Assembly (NCBI GenBank): GCA_965279525.1
Contig: CBDIIB010000002.1
Coordinates: 1-64,000, forward strand
Length of the DNA: 64,000 nucleotides
Origin: Tagaea sp.
GTDB taxonomy: Bacteria; Pseudomonadota; Alphaproteobacteria; CACIAM-22H2
Direction: 5' to 3'
The notes under the pieces are model-generated. The model worked only from the letters and a program-made list of their open reading frames with translations, made no database searches and had not been told where the DNA came from. The position numbers and the translations under genes are program-made. Below, piece by piece: positions 11,981 through 21,453 of the stretch (within the stretch, counting starts at the first letter, position 1; each line of letters starts with the position of its first letter).

Positions 11981-12951
11981 GCCGGCCGCCAGGGTTCGAC
12001 GAAATCGCCGGGACCGAGAACGCGCTGGGGTGGCTCGTCGTGGCGCTGGTCGTAGCCTTGCTGGCCGTGGCCCTGCTGCCCGTGCTGATGCTGCCCGTGC
12101 TGGTGCGGGTCGTAATTCTGCTGGTCGTAGCCCGGCTCGTTGTAGTTCGGCTGGTCGTATCCGCCGTGGCCGTTGTCGTAGGCCGGCAGGCCGTAGTCGC
12201 CCGGCTGGGGGGCAGGTGCCGCAAGCGGTCGAAGTGCGATGCCCTCGAACCCACGGTCGGTCTTCACGTAGTCGACCTCGACATGCATGCCGGCATTGTG
12301 CGGGCCGGTGATGCCCGACGCCTCGAGCAGCCGGCCGGGCAGGTAGATGTCGCGGCCCAGCGCCGTCTCCGGCGTGGCGAAGCCGAAACCCTTCTGCGGG
12401 TTGAAGAACTTGATCGTGGCGCGCACGGTTTCATGCGCGACGGGCGCCGGACGCTTGATTTCGGTCTGCGGCTTCCAGCCCACGCGCTCGAGATTTTCCG
12501 GCGTCGCCGCCGTCGCGAGCTTGAGCAGGTCCTGGCACGCGAAGCCCTTGGCGACGGGCACGATCATCAACTCGGCATCGAGACCAGGCTTCAGCATGCG
12601 CGAGACCGCCGGGTCGAGACGGTTCGAGTGCACGAAGACCTCGCGTCCGTCGTCGAGCAGGATGAAGCCGAAGCCCTTGGCGTGGTTGAACCACTTCACG
12701 ACGCCATGCACCGGGCCTTCGCCGGCCTGCCGGACGGGCGGCGGCGCCATCGTCGGTGCCGGTGCCGGTGCCGCGGCCGGCGTGCGTGCGGGGGGCGCGG
12801 CGCGCGGCGCTTCGGCCTGTGCCGGCAGCGCTTCGGTCGCCGGCGCCGGACGCGCCGATGCGGCACCCGGCTTGGCCGAACGCATCAGGAAGGCGGGTTG
12901 GAAATCGGGATCGGTGTCGGGAGCGTTGTCGCGCGGCGTCTTGCGATTCAT
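11977..12951 (-). CDS. Cold-shock-domain protein with two CSDs and low-complexity termini
   Basis: GVVKWFNHAKGFGFI..VFVH and TIKFFNPQKGFGFA. Pro/Ala-rich N-terminus and Q/G/H/Y-rich C-terminus. Start inferred. Confidence 0.88.
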   Translation of the reverse strand: MNRKTPRDNAPDTDPDFQPAFLMRSAKPGAASARPAPATEALPAQAEAPRAAPPARTPAAAPAPAPTMAPPPVRQAGEGPVHGVVKWFNHAKGFGFILLDDGREVFVHSNRLDPAVSRMLKPGLDAELMIVPVAKGFACQDLLKLATAATPENLERVGWKPQTEIKRPAPVAHETVRATIKFFNPQKGFGFATPETALGRDIYLPGRLLEASGITGPHNAGMHVEVDYVKTDRGFEGIALRPLAAPAPQPGDYGLPAYDNGHGGYDQPNYNEPGYDQQNYDPHQHGQHQHGQQGHGQQGYDQRHDEPPQRVLGPGDFVEPWRPA

Positions 12952-13120
12952 TGAGTCCGTCGGAAATTGGAGAAGGAACGGATAAGCGGAATTTTGATGG
13001 TGAATCGATTTGCTTACCCAAATTGCCATCCCCGGGGCCAAAGTTCAAACGGAATTGACCGGGGACGGCCGCTTGGGCATCTTCGCGACCCGTCGCCCCG
13101 AATGCGAGGAAATTTCACGC

Positions 13121-14281
13121 TTGAACCCGATATTCGCCGGTCTCCAGACTTCGATCTTCGAAGAAATGTCGGCGTTGGCGCGCCAGCACGCGGCGATCAA
13201 TCTCGGCCAAGGCTTCCCCGACGATCCCGGACCGGAAGATGTGCGCCGCAAGGCGGCCGAAGCGGTGATCGACGGCTGGAACCAATACCCGCCGATGATG
13301 GGCCTGCCCGAGCTGCGCGCCGCGATCGCGCGCCACTACAAGATCCATCAGGATCTCGACATCGACGCGGCCGCCGAGGTGATGGTGACGTCGGGGGCCA
13401 CCGAGGCGATCGCCGGCGCCCTGCTGGCGACGATCAGCCCGGGAGACGAGGTCGTGCTGTTCGAGCCGGCCTATGACGCATACCTGCCGCTCGTGAAGCG
13501 GGCCGGCGGCGTGCCGAAATTCGTCAAGCTTGCACCGCCCGACTGGCGCTTCGACGCGGCCGCGCTTCGGGCCGCCATCGGCCCGCGAACGCGTGCCGTG
13601 CTTTTCAACAACCCGCTCAATCCAGCCGGCTGCCTTTACGACGCCGCCGATCTTGCATTGCTTGCCGAAGCGCTGGCCGGAACCGAAGCCGTCGTCATCT
13701 CCGACGAGGTGTGGGAACACGTGATCTTCGACGGCCGCAAGCATGTTTCCGTGCTTGCCGTTCCGGGCCTTCGGGAGCGCAGCGTCAAGATCGGCTCGGC
13801 CGGCAAGATCTTCAACCTCACGGGCTGGAAGGTCGGCTTCGTCGTCGCGGCACCGGCGCTGATGAAGGTGCTCGCCAAAGCGCACCAGTACATCACGTTC
13901 ACCACGCCGCCCAACCTGCAGACGGCCGTCGCGTTCGGGCTCGACAAGCCGGCGGCGCATTTCGACGCGATGCGCAAGGACCTGCAGGACCGGCGCGACC
14001 ATCTCCAGCACGGCCTTGCCAAGGCCGGCTTCTCGGTGCTGCCGAGTGCGGGCACCTATTTCCTCAATGTCGATCTGGGGCCGCTCGGCCTTGTCGACGA
14101 TGCCGCGTTCTGCCGGCGGATGGTTGCTGAAGCCGGCGTCGCGGCGATCCCGGTTTCGGCGTTCTATGTGGACGCAAGCCAGAAAAGCGTGATCCGCTTC
14201 TGCTTCGCCAAGACCTACGAGACGCTCGACGAGGCGATCCGGCGGATCGCGAAATCCGCCGCGTCGCTGCTGCACACTTAG
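13121..14281 (+). CDS. PLP-dependent class I aminotransferase (YbdL/methionine-kynurenine type)
   Basis: AINLGQGFPD, NQYPPMMG, SDEVWEH, SAGKIFNLTGWKVG, RFCFAK. TTG start with GAGGA RBS. Confidence 0.92.
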   Translation: MNPIFAGLQTSIFEEMSALARQHAAINLGQGFPDDPGPEDVRRKAAEAVIDGWNQYPPMMGLPELRAAIARHYKIHQDLDIDAAAEVMVTSGATEAIAGALLATISPGDEVVLFEPAYDAYLPLVKRAGGVPKFVKLAPPDWRFDAAALRAAIGPRTRAVLFNNPLNPAGCLYDAADLALLAEALAGTEAVVISDEVWEHVIFDGRKHVSVLAVPGLRERSVKIGSAGKIFNLTGWKVGFVVAAPALMKVLAKAHQYITFTTPPNLQTAVAFGLDKPAAHFDAMRKDLQDRRDHLQHGLAKAGFSVLPSAGTYFLNVDLGPLGLVDDAAFCRRMVAEAGVAAIPVSAFYVDASQKSVIRFCFAKTYETLDEAIRRIAKSAASLLHT

Positions 14282-15036
14282 GAAAGCCCGCCGTCGACGC
14301 GCACGATCTGCCCGGTGATGTAGGAAGCCGCCGGCGAGGCGAGGAACGCGATCACGGCGGCGATCTCCGCAGGATCGGCACGCCGGCCCATCGGGATCGC
14401 GGCTTCCAGCCCGGCGATCGCCTCGGCCGACAGGGCGCTTGCCTTGCCGGGGTCCTTCTTCGTGAGGCCCGGGGCGACGGCATTGACCGCAATGCCGTCA
14501 GGGGCGAGTTCGCGCGACAGGCTCAGCACCAGCGCTTCGAGCGCGGCCCGCCCGGCGGCCGATGCGGCGAACAGGCCAAGGTCGCGCCGGTAGACATGCG
14601 CCACATATGACGAAACGGCGACGATGCGTGCGCTTTCGCTGCGCTTGAGCAGGCCGAGGCCCGCCTGCACGAGATCGAGGAAGCCCTGGGCGGAGTTCTC
14701 CATCGCACCGGCAAGCCGTGCGGCGTCGAGATCGACGGCACCGCCGCGATCCGCCCGTCCGGCGGCCGCGACCACCGCATCGAGGCGCCCGAAGTGCCTG
14801 CCCGCCGTCTCGACCAGAGCTTCGGCCGTCGCGCGCACGCCGACCGGCCCCAGCACTGTCTCGACCTTGGTGCCAAGCGCGCATGCCGTTTCGGCGACCG
14901 CGGCAAGTCCGGCTTCGTTGCTTCCGGTGTGCAGGACAAGCCCGATATTCGGGCCGGCGAGGGCCAGCGCCGTCGCCCGGCCGATGCCACTTGCGGCACC
15001 GGTCACGATCGTCACGCGTGTCAGGGTTCCGTTCAT
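14278..15036 (-). CDS. Short-chain dehydrogenase/reductase
   Basis: VTGAASGIG, VNAVAPG, YITGQIVRVDGG. The catalytic YxxxK appears altered (FAASAAGR). Confidence 0.88.
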   Translation of the reverse strand: MNGTLTRVTIVTGAASGIGRATALALAGPNIGLVLHTGSNEAGLAAVAETACALGTKVETVLGPVGVRATAEALVETAGRHFGRLDAVVAAAGRADRGGAVDLDAARLAGAMENSAQGFLDLVQAGLGLLKRSESARIVAVSSYVAHVYRRDLGLFAASAAGRAALEALVLSLSRELAPDGIAVNAVAPGLTKKDPGKASALSAEAIAGLEAAIPMGRRADPAEIAAVIAFLASPAASYITGQIVRVDGGLS

Positions 15037-15143
15037 TGCGTGCCAAGATAATGGCATTGCCGGCCGGAGCGAACTATCTTGTTCGCGCCGAAAAAGGCGC
15101 CCGCACCGGCATTTCCCCCGACAGACAAGGTCCGAATCTCCCG

Positions 15144-17501
15144 ATGAACGCGATCGACCCTGCGACCAAGATGGCCCTGACGAAGTTCGCCGTGGGCCAG
15201 CCCGTTCCGCGCACCGAGGATCCGCATCTGCTGCGCGGCGAGGGCCGCTACACCGACGACGTCAACATGCCCGGCCAGGCCTATGCCGTCATGGTCCGCA
15301 GCCGCTACGCGCACGGCGTCATCAAGGGCATCGCCACCGAAGCCGCGCGCGCGATGCCAGGCGTGCTCGGCGTCTATACGGGCGCCGATCTCGCGGCGGC
15401 CGGCTACGGCACGCTCAAATGCTCGATGGCGCTCAAGAGCCGCGACGGCAACATGATGTTGCAGCCCGCCCGCCCGGCCTTGCCGGTCGACAAGGTGCGG
15501 TTCGTCGGCGACCCGATCGCCTTCGTGGTCGCCCGGACGGCGATCGAGGCCAAGGACGCGGCCGAGGCGGTCGAGCCCGACATCGATCCGCTGCCGGCCG
15601 TCACGCAAGCGAGCCTTGCCGGCGAGCCCGGTGCCCCGCAGCTTTATGACGACGCACCCGGCAACCTGGCGCTCGACTATCACTTCGGTGATGCCGACAA
15701 GGTCGCCGCCGCCTTCGCGAAGGCGGCGCACGTGGCGCGCCTGCCGCTGGTCAATTCGCGCATCGTCGTCAACGCGATGGAACCGCGTGCCGCGATCGCC
15801 GAGTTCGAACCGGCGACCGGCCGGTGGACGATCAATGTCGGCAGCCAGGGCGTGTTCGGCCTGCGCAACTCGATCGCGACCGACATCCTGAAGGTCCCGG
15901 CCGACAAGGTGCGCGTGCTCACCGGCAATGTCGGCGGCTCGTTCGGCATGAAGGCGCAGGTCTATCCCGAGTATGTCTGCCTGTTCCATGCCGCGCGTGC
16001 CCTTGGCCGTCCGGTCAAATGGACCGACGAGCGTTCGGAGAGCTTCCTTTCCGACCAGCATGGCCGCGACGGCGAGGTGACCGGCGAGCTGGCGCTCGAC
16101 AAGGACGGGAACTTCCTGGCCGCGCGCATCACCGGCTTCGGCAACCACGGCGCCTATCTCACGCAGGTCGGGCCGATCCCGCTGACGCTCAACATCGCCA
16201 AGAACATGGTCGGTCCCTACCGCACGCCGCTGATCGAGGTCGCGGTGCGCACGATGTTCACCAACACCACGCCGATCGGTCCCTATCGCGGCGCGGGTCG
16301 CCCGGAAGGCAACTACTTCATGGAGCGGCTGATCGACGCCGCCGCCGCCGGCATGGGCATCGACCGCGTCGAATTGCGCAAGCGCAACCACATCCGCCCG
16401 GAGGAGATGCCGTGGGCGGCCCCCTCCGGCATGAGCTACGACAGCGGCGATTTCACGGTGCTGCTCGACAAGGCGCTGGCACTCGCCGACTGGAACGGCT
16501 TCGACACGCGCAAGGCCGAAAGCAAGGCGCGCGGCAAGCTGCGCGGCCGCGGCATCGGCGCGTTCCTCGAAGTGACGGCGCCGCCGACCAAGGAAATGGG
16601 CGGCATCCGCTTCGGTGCCGACGGTACGGTCACGATCGTCACCGGCACGCTCGATTACGGGCAGGGCCATGCGACGCCGTTCGCGCAGGTGCTGGTCGAA
16701 AATCTCGGCGTGCCGTTCGAAAAGGTGCGCCTCGTGCAGGGCGACAGCGATCTGCTGATCGCCGGCGGCGGGACGGGCGGTTCGAAGTCGATCATGGCGA
16801 GCGGGGCGGCGATCGTGGAAGCGAGCGCCAAGGTGATCGAGGCCGGCCGGCGCATCGCGGCGGTGGCGCTCGAGGCGGCCGAGGTCGACATCGAGTTCGC
16901 GCAAGGAAGCTTCGTCATCGCCGGGACCGACCGGGCCATCGGCATCATGGAACTGGCGGCGAAGCTGCGCGCCGGCCTCAAGCTTCCTGAGGGCGTGCCG
17001 GCTACGCTCGACGTCGACCACGTGTTCCAGGAGGCGCCGTCCGCCTTCCCGAACGGCTGCCACATCGCCGAAGTCGAAGTCGATCCCGAGACCGGCACGG
17101 TCGAAGTCGTGCGCTATTCCGCGGTCAACGATTTCGGTACCGTCATCAACCCGATGATGGTCGAGGGACAGGTGCATGGCGGCGTGGTGCAGGGCATCGG
17201 GCAGGCATTGATGGAAAGCGTCGCCTACGACGAGCACGGCAGCGTGCTGACCGGTTCGTTCATGGATTACGCGATGCCGCGCGCGGCCGACGTGCCCGGC
17301 TTCACGTTCGCCACGCACGCGGTCCCGGCCAAGACGAACCCGCTGGGGGCCAAGGGCTGCGGCGAGGCCGGCTGTGCCGGTGCCCTGCCCAGCGTCATGA
17401 ACGCGCTGGTCGACGCGCTCTCGCCGCTCGGCATCCGGCACATCGACATGCCGGCCACGCCTTCGCGCGTGTGGGCGGCGATCCAGGCTGCGGGGCGATG
17501 A
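15144..17501 (+). CDS. Xanthine dehydrogenase/CoxL-family molybdopterin-binding large subunit
   Basis: RTEDPHLLRGEGRYTDD, VGGSFGMK, PYRGAGRPE, GQGHAT, GQVHGGVVQGIGQAL, GAKGCGE. Confidence 0.93.
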   Translation: MNAIDPATKMALTKFAVGQPVPRTEDPHLLRGEGRYTDDVNMPGQAYAVMVRSRYAHGVIKGIATEAARAMPGVLGVYTGADLAAAGYGTLKCSMALKSRDGNMMLQPARPALPVDKVRFVGDPIAFVVARTAIEAKDAAEAVEPDIDPLPAVTQASLAGEPGAPQLYDDAPGNLALDYHFGDADKVAAAFAKAAHVARLPLVNSRIVVNAMEPRAAIAEFEPATGRWTINVGSQGVFGLRNSIATDILKVPADKVRVLTGNVGGSFGMKAQVYPEYVCLFHAARALGRPVKWTDERSESFLSDQHGRDGEVTGELALDKDGNFLAARITGFGNHGAYLTQVGPIPLTLNIAKNMVGPYRTPLIEVAVRTMFTNTTPIGPYRGAGRPEGNYFMERLIDAAAAGMGIDRVELRKRNHIRPEEMPWAAPSGMSYDSGDFTVLLDKALALADWNGFDTRKAESKARGKLRGRGIGAFLEVTAPPTKEMGGIRFGADGTVTIVTGTLDYGQGHATPFAQVLVENLGVPFEKVRLVQGDSDLLIAGGGTGGSKSIMASGAAIVEASAKVIEAGRRIAAVALEAAEVDIEFAQGSFVIAGTDRAIGIMELAAKLRAGLKLPEGVPATLDVDHVFQEAPSAFPNGCHIAEVEVDPETGTVEVVRYSAVNDFGTVINPMMVEGQVHGGVVQGIGQALMESVAYDEHGSVLTGSFMDYAMPRAADVPGFTFATHAVPAKTNPLGAKGCGEAGCAGALPSVMNALVDALSPLGIRHIDMPATPSRVWAAIQAAGR

Positions 17502-18700
17502 AGGCAACCGTCTACGATTCACCTTATTCCTGGTACCGGCTGGCCATCTGCCTGACGCTCGGCTCGATCGGCGGCGTGGGCATGTGGTCGCCGGTCGTCA
17601 TCATGCCGGCCATCCAGGCCGATCTCGGCATCTCGCGCGGCGAGGTGTCGCTCGCCGCCACCGCGACGCTGCTGGGGTTCGCCGGCGGCGGGATCATCAT
17701 GGGCTGGCTCACCGACCGGTTCGGCGCGATGTGGCCGGTGCTGTTCGGTTCGCTGACGATGGCGGCGGGAATGGCGGTCGCCTCCCAGGTGCAGGACATC
17801 TGGACCTTCGCGCTGATCCAGGGCGTGTTCGTCGCGATGCTCGGAAGTTCGGCGACGTTCGTGCCGCTGATGGCCGACATCTCGCGCTGGTTCGACCGGC
17901 GGCGCGGCGTGGCCACGGCGCTGTGCGCGTCGGGCAACTATTTCGCGGGCGCGCTGTGGCCGCCGCTGATGCAGCCCTTTCTCGAAGAATATGGCTGGCG
18001 GCAGACCCAGTTCGGCATCGCGATCGTCTGTGCCGTGACGATGGTGCCGCTGGCGTTCCTGCTGCGCCGCCGGCCGGTGGCGCCACTGGTGCCCAGCGTA
18101 CGCGACGGTCGGCTGGCGCTTGCCGTCCCCCGGACACGGCTGACCGTGCTTCTGGCGATGGCGGCGGTGATGTGCTGCGTGGCGATGGCCATGCCGCAGG
18201 TCCATCTGGTCGCCTATTGCACCGATCTGGGCTTCGGTGCCGCGCGCGGGGCGGAGATGCTGTCGGTCATGTTCGCCGTCGGCATCGTCAGTCGCATGGC
18301 GTTCGGCTTCGTCGCCGACCGCATCGGCGGGCTGGCCAACCTGCTGCTCGGCTCGTGCCTGCAGATGGGGTCGCTCGCCCTCTATCTCTTCTTCGACGGC
18401 CTCACGTCACTCTATCTCGTGTCGGCGCTGTTCGGCCTCGTGCAGGGCGGCATCGTGCCGAGCTATGCGATCATCGTGCGCGAGTATTTCCCGGCCGCCG
18501 AGGCGGGGACGCGCGTGGGCATCGTCCTGTTCGCCTCGCTCTTTGGCATGGCGCTGGGCGGCTGGATGGCCGGCGCCATCTACGACCAGACCGGCAGCTA
18601 CGCGGCCGCGTTCCTCAACGGGGTGATCTGGAACGCGGGCAACGTCGCCATCGTGCTGTGGCTGATGGGCCGGCGGCGGCCCGTACCTGTGCCGGCCTAG
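17498..18700 (+). CDS. MFS transporter
   Basis: About 12 hydrophobic segments, GWLTDRFG, WFDRRRG, GFVADRIG. ATGA overlap with the upstream gene. Confidence 0.9.
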   Translation: MKATVYDSPYSWYRLAICLTLGSIGGVGMWSPVVIMPAIQADLGISRGEVSLAATATLLGFAGGGIIMGWLTDRFGAMWPVLFGSLTMAAGMAVASQVQDIWTFALIQGVFVAMLGSSATFVPLMADISRWFDRRRGVATALCASGNYFAGALWPPLMQPFLEEYGWRQTQFGIAIVCAVTMVPLAFLLRRRPVAPLVPSVRDGRLALAVPRTRLTVLLAMAAVMCCVAMAMPQVHLVAYCTDLGFGAARGAEMLSVMFAVGIVSRMAFGFVADRIGGLANLLLGSCLQMGSLALYLFFDGLTSLYLVSALFGLVQGGIVPSYAIIVREYFPAAEAGTRVGIVLFASLFGMALGGWMAGAIYDQTGSYAAAFLNGVIWNAGNVAIVLWLMGRRRPVPVPA

Positions 18701-21453
18701 ACGCGCGCGACGCGCGCGGCGGTGTATTTGAATTCGGGGATCTTGCCGACCGGATCGAGCTCGGCGCTCGTCAGCCGGTTGGCCGGCGCCTCGCCGAAGC
18801 AGAAGGGCATGTAGATCATGCCGTCGGGCACGTCCGGGTCGGCGCGCATGCTGGCCTCCAGCGTGCCGTGGCGCGTCTCGATGCGAACGGTGGCACCTTC
18901 GGCAAGTCCGCGCGCCGCGATCTCGCGCCGGTTCATCGAGGCGATCGCGACGGGTTCGAGACTGTCGAGCATCGCGGCCCGGCGCGTCATCGCACCAGTG
19001 TGCCAGTGTTCGAGGAGTCGACCGGTGCTGAGCACGAGCGGATAGGCGGCATCCGTTTCCTCGCCGGGGCGCAGGAAGTCGACTGCCACGATCCGCGCGC
19101 GGCGCGTGGCTGTCGGGAAACCGTCGCCGAACAGGATGTCGTGGCCGGCATGATCGGCGTCGTCGGCGGGGTAGGTGACCGCCCCTTCGCGCTGCAGGCG
19201 GGTCCAGGGCAGGCCGGCAAGCGACGGCATCGCCGCCCGCATTTCCTCGTACACCTCGCCGACGTCCGCGTAGCGCCAGTCGAGACCCACGCGCCGCGCG
19301 ATGTCGACGATCAGTTCCCAGTCCTGGCGCGCCCCGCCCGGGAGCGGGATGGCCGGCCGCCCGATCTGCACCTGGCGGTTCGTGTTCGTGAAGGTGCCGA
19401 GCTTTTCCGCATGGGCCGAGGCGGGCAGCACCACGTCGGCCTGCCACGCGGTCTCGGTCAGGAAGATGTCCTGCACGACGAAATGCTCGAGCTTGGCGAA
19501 GGCCGAGCGGGCGTGGGTCTGATCGGGGTCCGACATCGCCGGGTTCTCGCCCATCACGTACATGGCGCGGATCTCGTGCCGGTCGATCGCGTCGATGATC
19601 TCGACGACGGTCAGGCCCCGTTTGGGATCGAGCGTGCGGCCCCAGCGCTTCTCGTAATCCGCACGAAAGCCCGCGTTCTCGACCGGATGGTAGTCCGGAT
19701 ACATCATCGGGATCAGGCCGGCATCCGAAGCGCCCTGCACGTTGTTCTGGCCGCGCAGCGGATGCAGGCCCGTCCCCGGCCGGCCGATCTGGCCGGTGAT
19801 CAGGGCGAGTGCGATCAGGCAGCGCGCGTTGTCGGTGCCGTGGATGTGCTGGGAAATCCCCATGCCCCAGAAGATGATCGAGCGCTTCGACGTGGCGTAG
19901 CGTCGGGCCACGGCGCGCAAGGTGGCGGCCTCGATGCCGCAGACCGGCGCCATGCGCTCGGGCGCGTATTCCGCCACGCGCGCGGCAAGCTCGTCGAAAC
20001 CGTCGACATGTGCCGCGACATAGGCCGGATCGTAGAGCTTCTCGGCCACGATCACGTGCAGCAGCGCGTTCAGCAGCGCCACGTCGGTGCCCGGCGTGAA
20101 GCGAAGGGCATGTTCGGCATGGCGCATCAGCGCCTGGCCGCGCGGATCGATGACGATCAGGTGCGCGCCGCGCTTGGCGGCCTGCTTCAGATACGTCGCC
20201 GCGACCGGATGGTTCTGTTCAGGCCGGGCACCGATGACGACGATGCAGTCGGCGTCCATTGCCGCTGCAAAGGGTGCCGTGACGGCGGCCGAACCCACGC
20301 CTTCGAGCAGGGCCGCAACCGACGAGGCGTGGCACAGGCGCGTGCAGTGGTCGACATTGTTGGTGCCGAAGCCCTGTCGGACGAGCTTCTGGAACAGATA
20401 CGCCTCCTCGTTCGAGCCCTTGGCCGAACCGAAGCCGGCCAGTGCGCCGCCGCCATGCGTGTCGCGCACGCGCTTGAGGCCGTCCGCCGCGCGCGTCAGC
20501 GCTTCTTCCCACGTCGCCGGGCGGAAAACCGCCCACGGATCGGCCGGGTCGATGCGGATGTCGCCCGATTTGGGTACGCCGTCGCGCCGGATCAGCGGCT
20601 GCGTCAGCCGGTGGGGATGGCGCACATAGTCGAACCCGAAGCGGCCCTTCACGCACAGGCGGCTCTCGTTGGCCGGTCCGTCGCGTCCGTCGACCCGGAC
20701 AATCCGGTCGTCGGCGACGGCAACCGTCGTCTGGCAGCCCACGCCGCAGAACGGGCACAGCGTATCGACCGTGCGCTCGGGCACGATCGCGCGATGCGTC
20801 GCACTCTTGTCCATCAGGCTTTTCTCGAACAGCGCACCCGTCGGGCAGGCCTGCACGCATTCCCCGCAGGCAACGCACGTCGATCCCCCCATCGGATCGG
20901 CAAGATCGAAGACCGGGGCCGTGTCGTGGCCGCGATGGCCCATGCCGATCACGTCGTTGACCTGCACCTCGCGGCAGGCGCGCGCGCACAGGCCGCACGC
21001 GATGCAGGCTTCGAGATTGACGGCGATGGCCGGGTGAGAGGCATCGTGCCCGTCGTCGGGGCGTTCGCGCTTGGGCAGCCGGCCGCCGGAAACGCCGAGT
21101 TTCTCGGCCCATAGCCAGAACGGCGCGTCGGGGTCGGGGCTGTCTGCGCGTGCGGGCATGTCGCTCGCCAGCAGTTCGAACACCATCGCGCGGGCTTTCG
21201 TCGCGCGCGGCGTGGATGTGGCGACCTTCATGCCCTCGGCGGGTTTGCGGATGCAGCTTGCGGCCAGCACGCGCTCGCCGTCGATCTCGCACACGCAGGC
21301 CCGGCAGTTGCCATCGGGCCGGTAGCCGGTCTGGTCGAGATGGCACAGATGCGGAATCACGGTGTCGTGGCGCTTCGCCACGTCCCAGATCGTCTCGTCC
21401 GACGACGCGACGACCGCCTTGCCATCCAGCGTGAAGCTCACCGGGCCGCTCAT
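18697..21453 (-). CDS. fdhF: NAD-dependent formate dehydrogenase alpha subunit (Mo/W-bis-PGD, Cys ligand)
   Basis: N-terminal 2Fe-2S and 4Fe-4S motifs, CPFCGVGC, NNVDHCTRLCH, LRGQNNVQG, KIPEFK. Confidence 0.95.
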   Translation of the reverse strand: MSGPVSFTLDGKAVVASSDETIWDVAKRHDTVIPHLCHLDQTGYRPDGNCRACVCEIDGERVLAASCIRKPAEGMKVATSTPRATKARAMVFELLASDMPARADSPDPDAPFWLWAEKLGVSGGRLPKRERPDDGHDASHPAIAVNLEACIACGLCARACREVQVNDVIGMGHRGHDTAPVFDLADPMGGSTCVACGECVQACPTGALFEKSLMDKSATHRAIVPERTVDTLCPFCGVGCQTTVAVADDRIVRVDGRDGPANESRLCVKGRFGFDYVRHPHRLTQPLIRRDGVPKSGDIRIDPADPWAVFRPATWEEALTRAADGLKRVRDTHGGGALAGFGSAKGSNEEAYLFQKLVRQGFGTNNVDHCTRLCHASSVAALLEGVGSAAVTAPFAAAMDADCIVVIGARPEQNHPVAATYLKQAAKRGAHLIVIDPRGQALMRHAEHALRFTPGTDVALLNALLHVIVAEKLYDPAYVAAHVDGFDELAARVAEYAPERMAPVCGIEAATLRAVARRYATSKRSIIFWGMGISQHIHGTDNARCLIALALITGQIGRPGTGLHPLRGQNNVQGASDAGLIPMMYPDYHPVENAGFRADYEKRWGRTLDPKRGLTVVEIIDAIDRHEIRAMYVMGENPAMSDPDQTHARSAFAKLEHFVVQDIFLTETAWQADVVLPASAHAEKLGTFTNTNRQVQIGRPAIPLPGGARQDWELIVDIARRVGLDWRYADVGEVYEEMRAAMPSLAGLPWTRLQREGAVTYPADDADHAGHDILFGDGFPTATRRARIVAVDFLRPGEETDAAYPLVLSTGRLLEHWHTGAMTRRAAMLDSLEPVAIASMNRREIAARGLAEGATVRIETRHGTLEASMRADPDVPDGMIYMPFCFGEAPANRLTSAELDPVGKIPEFKYTAARVARV

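Noticed and set aside
15144-17501. Aerobic CO dehydrogenase call
   Set aside because: Lacks the form I AYxCSFR motif and the coxMS/accessory genes.
18697-21453. Selenocysteine recoding in formate dehydrogenase
   Set aside because: The ligand position is Cys (CTRLCH) with no in-frame TGA.
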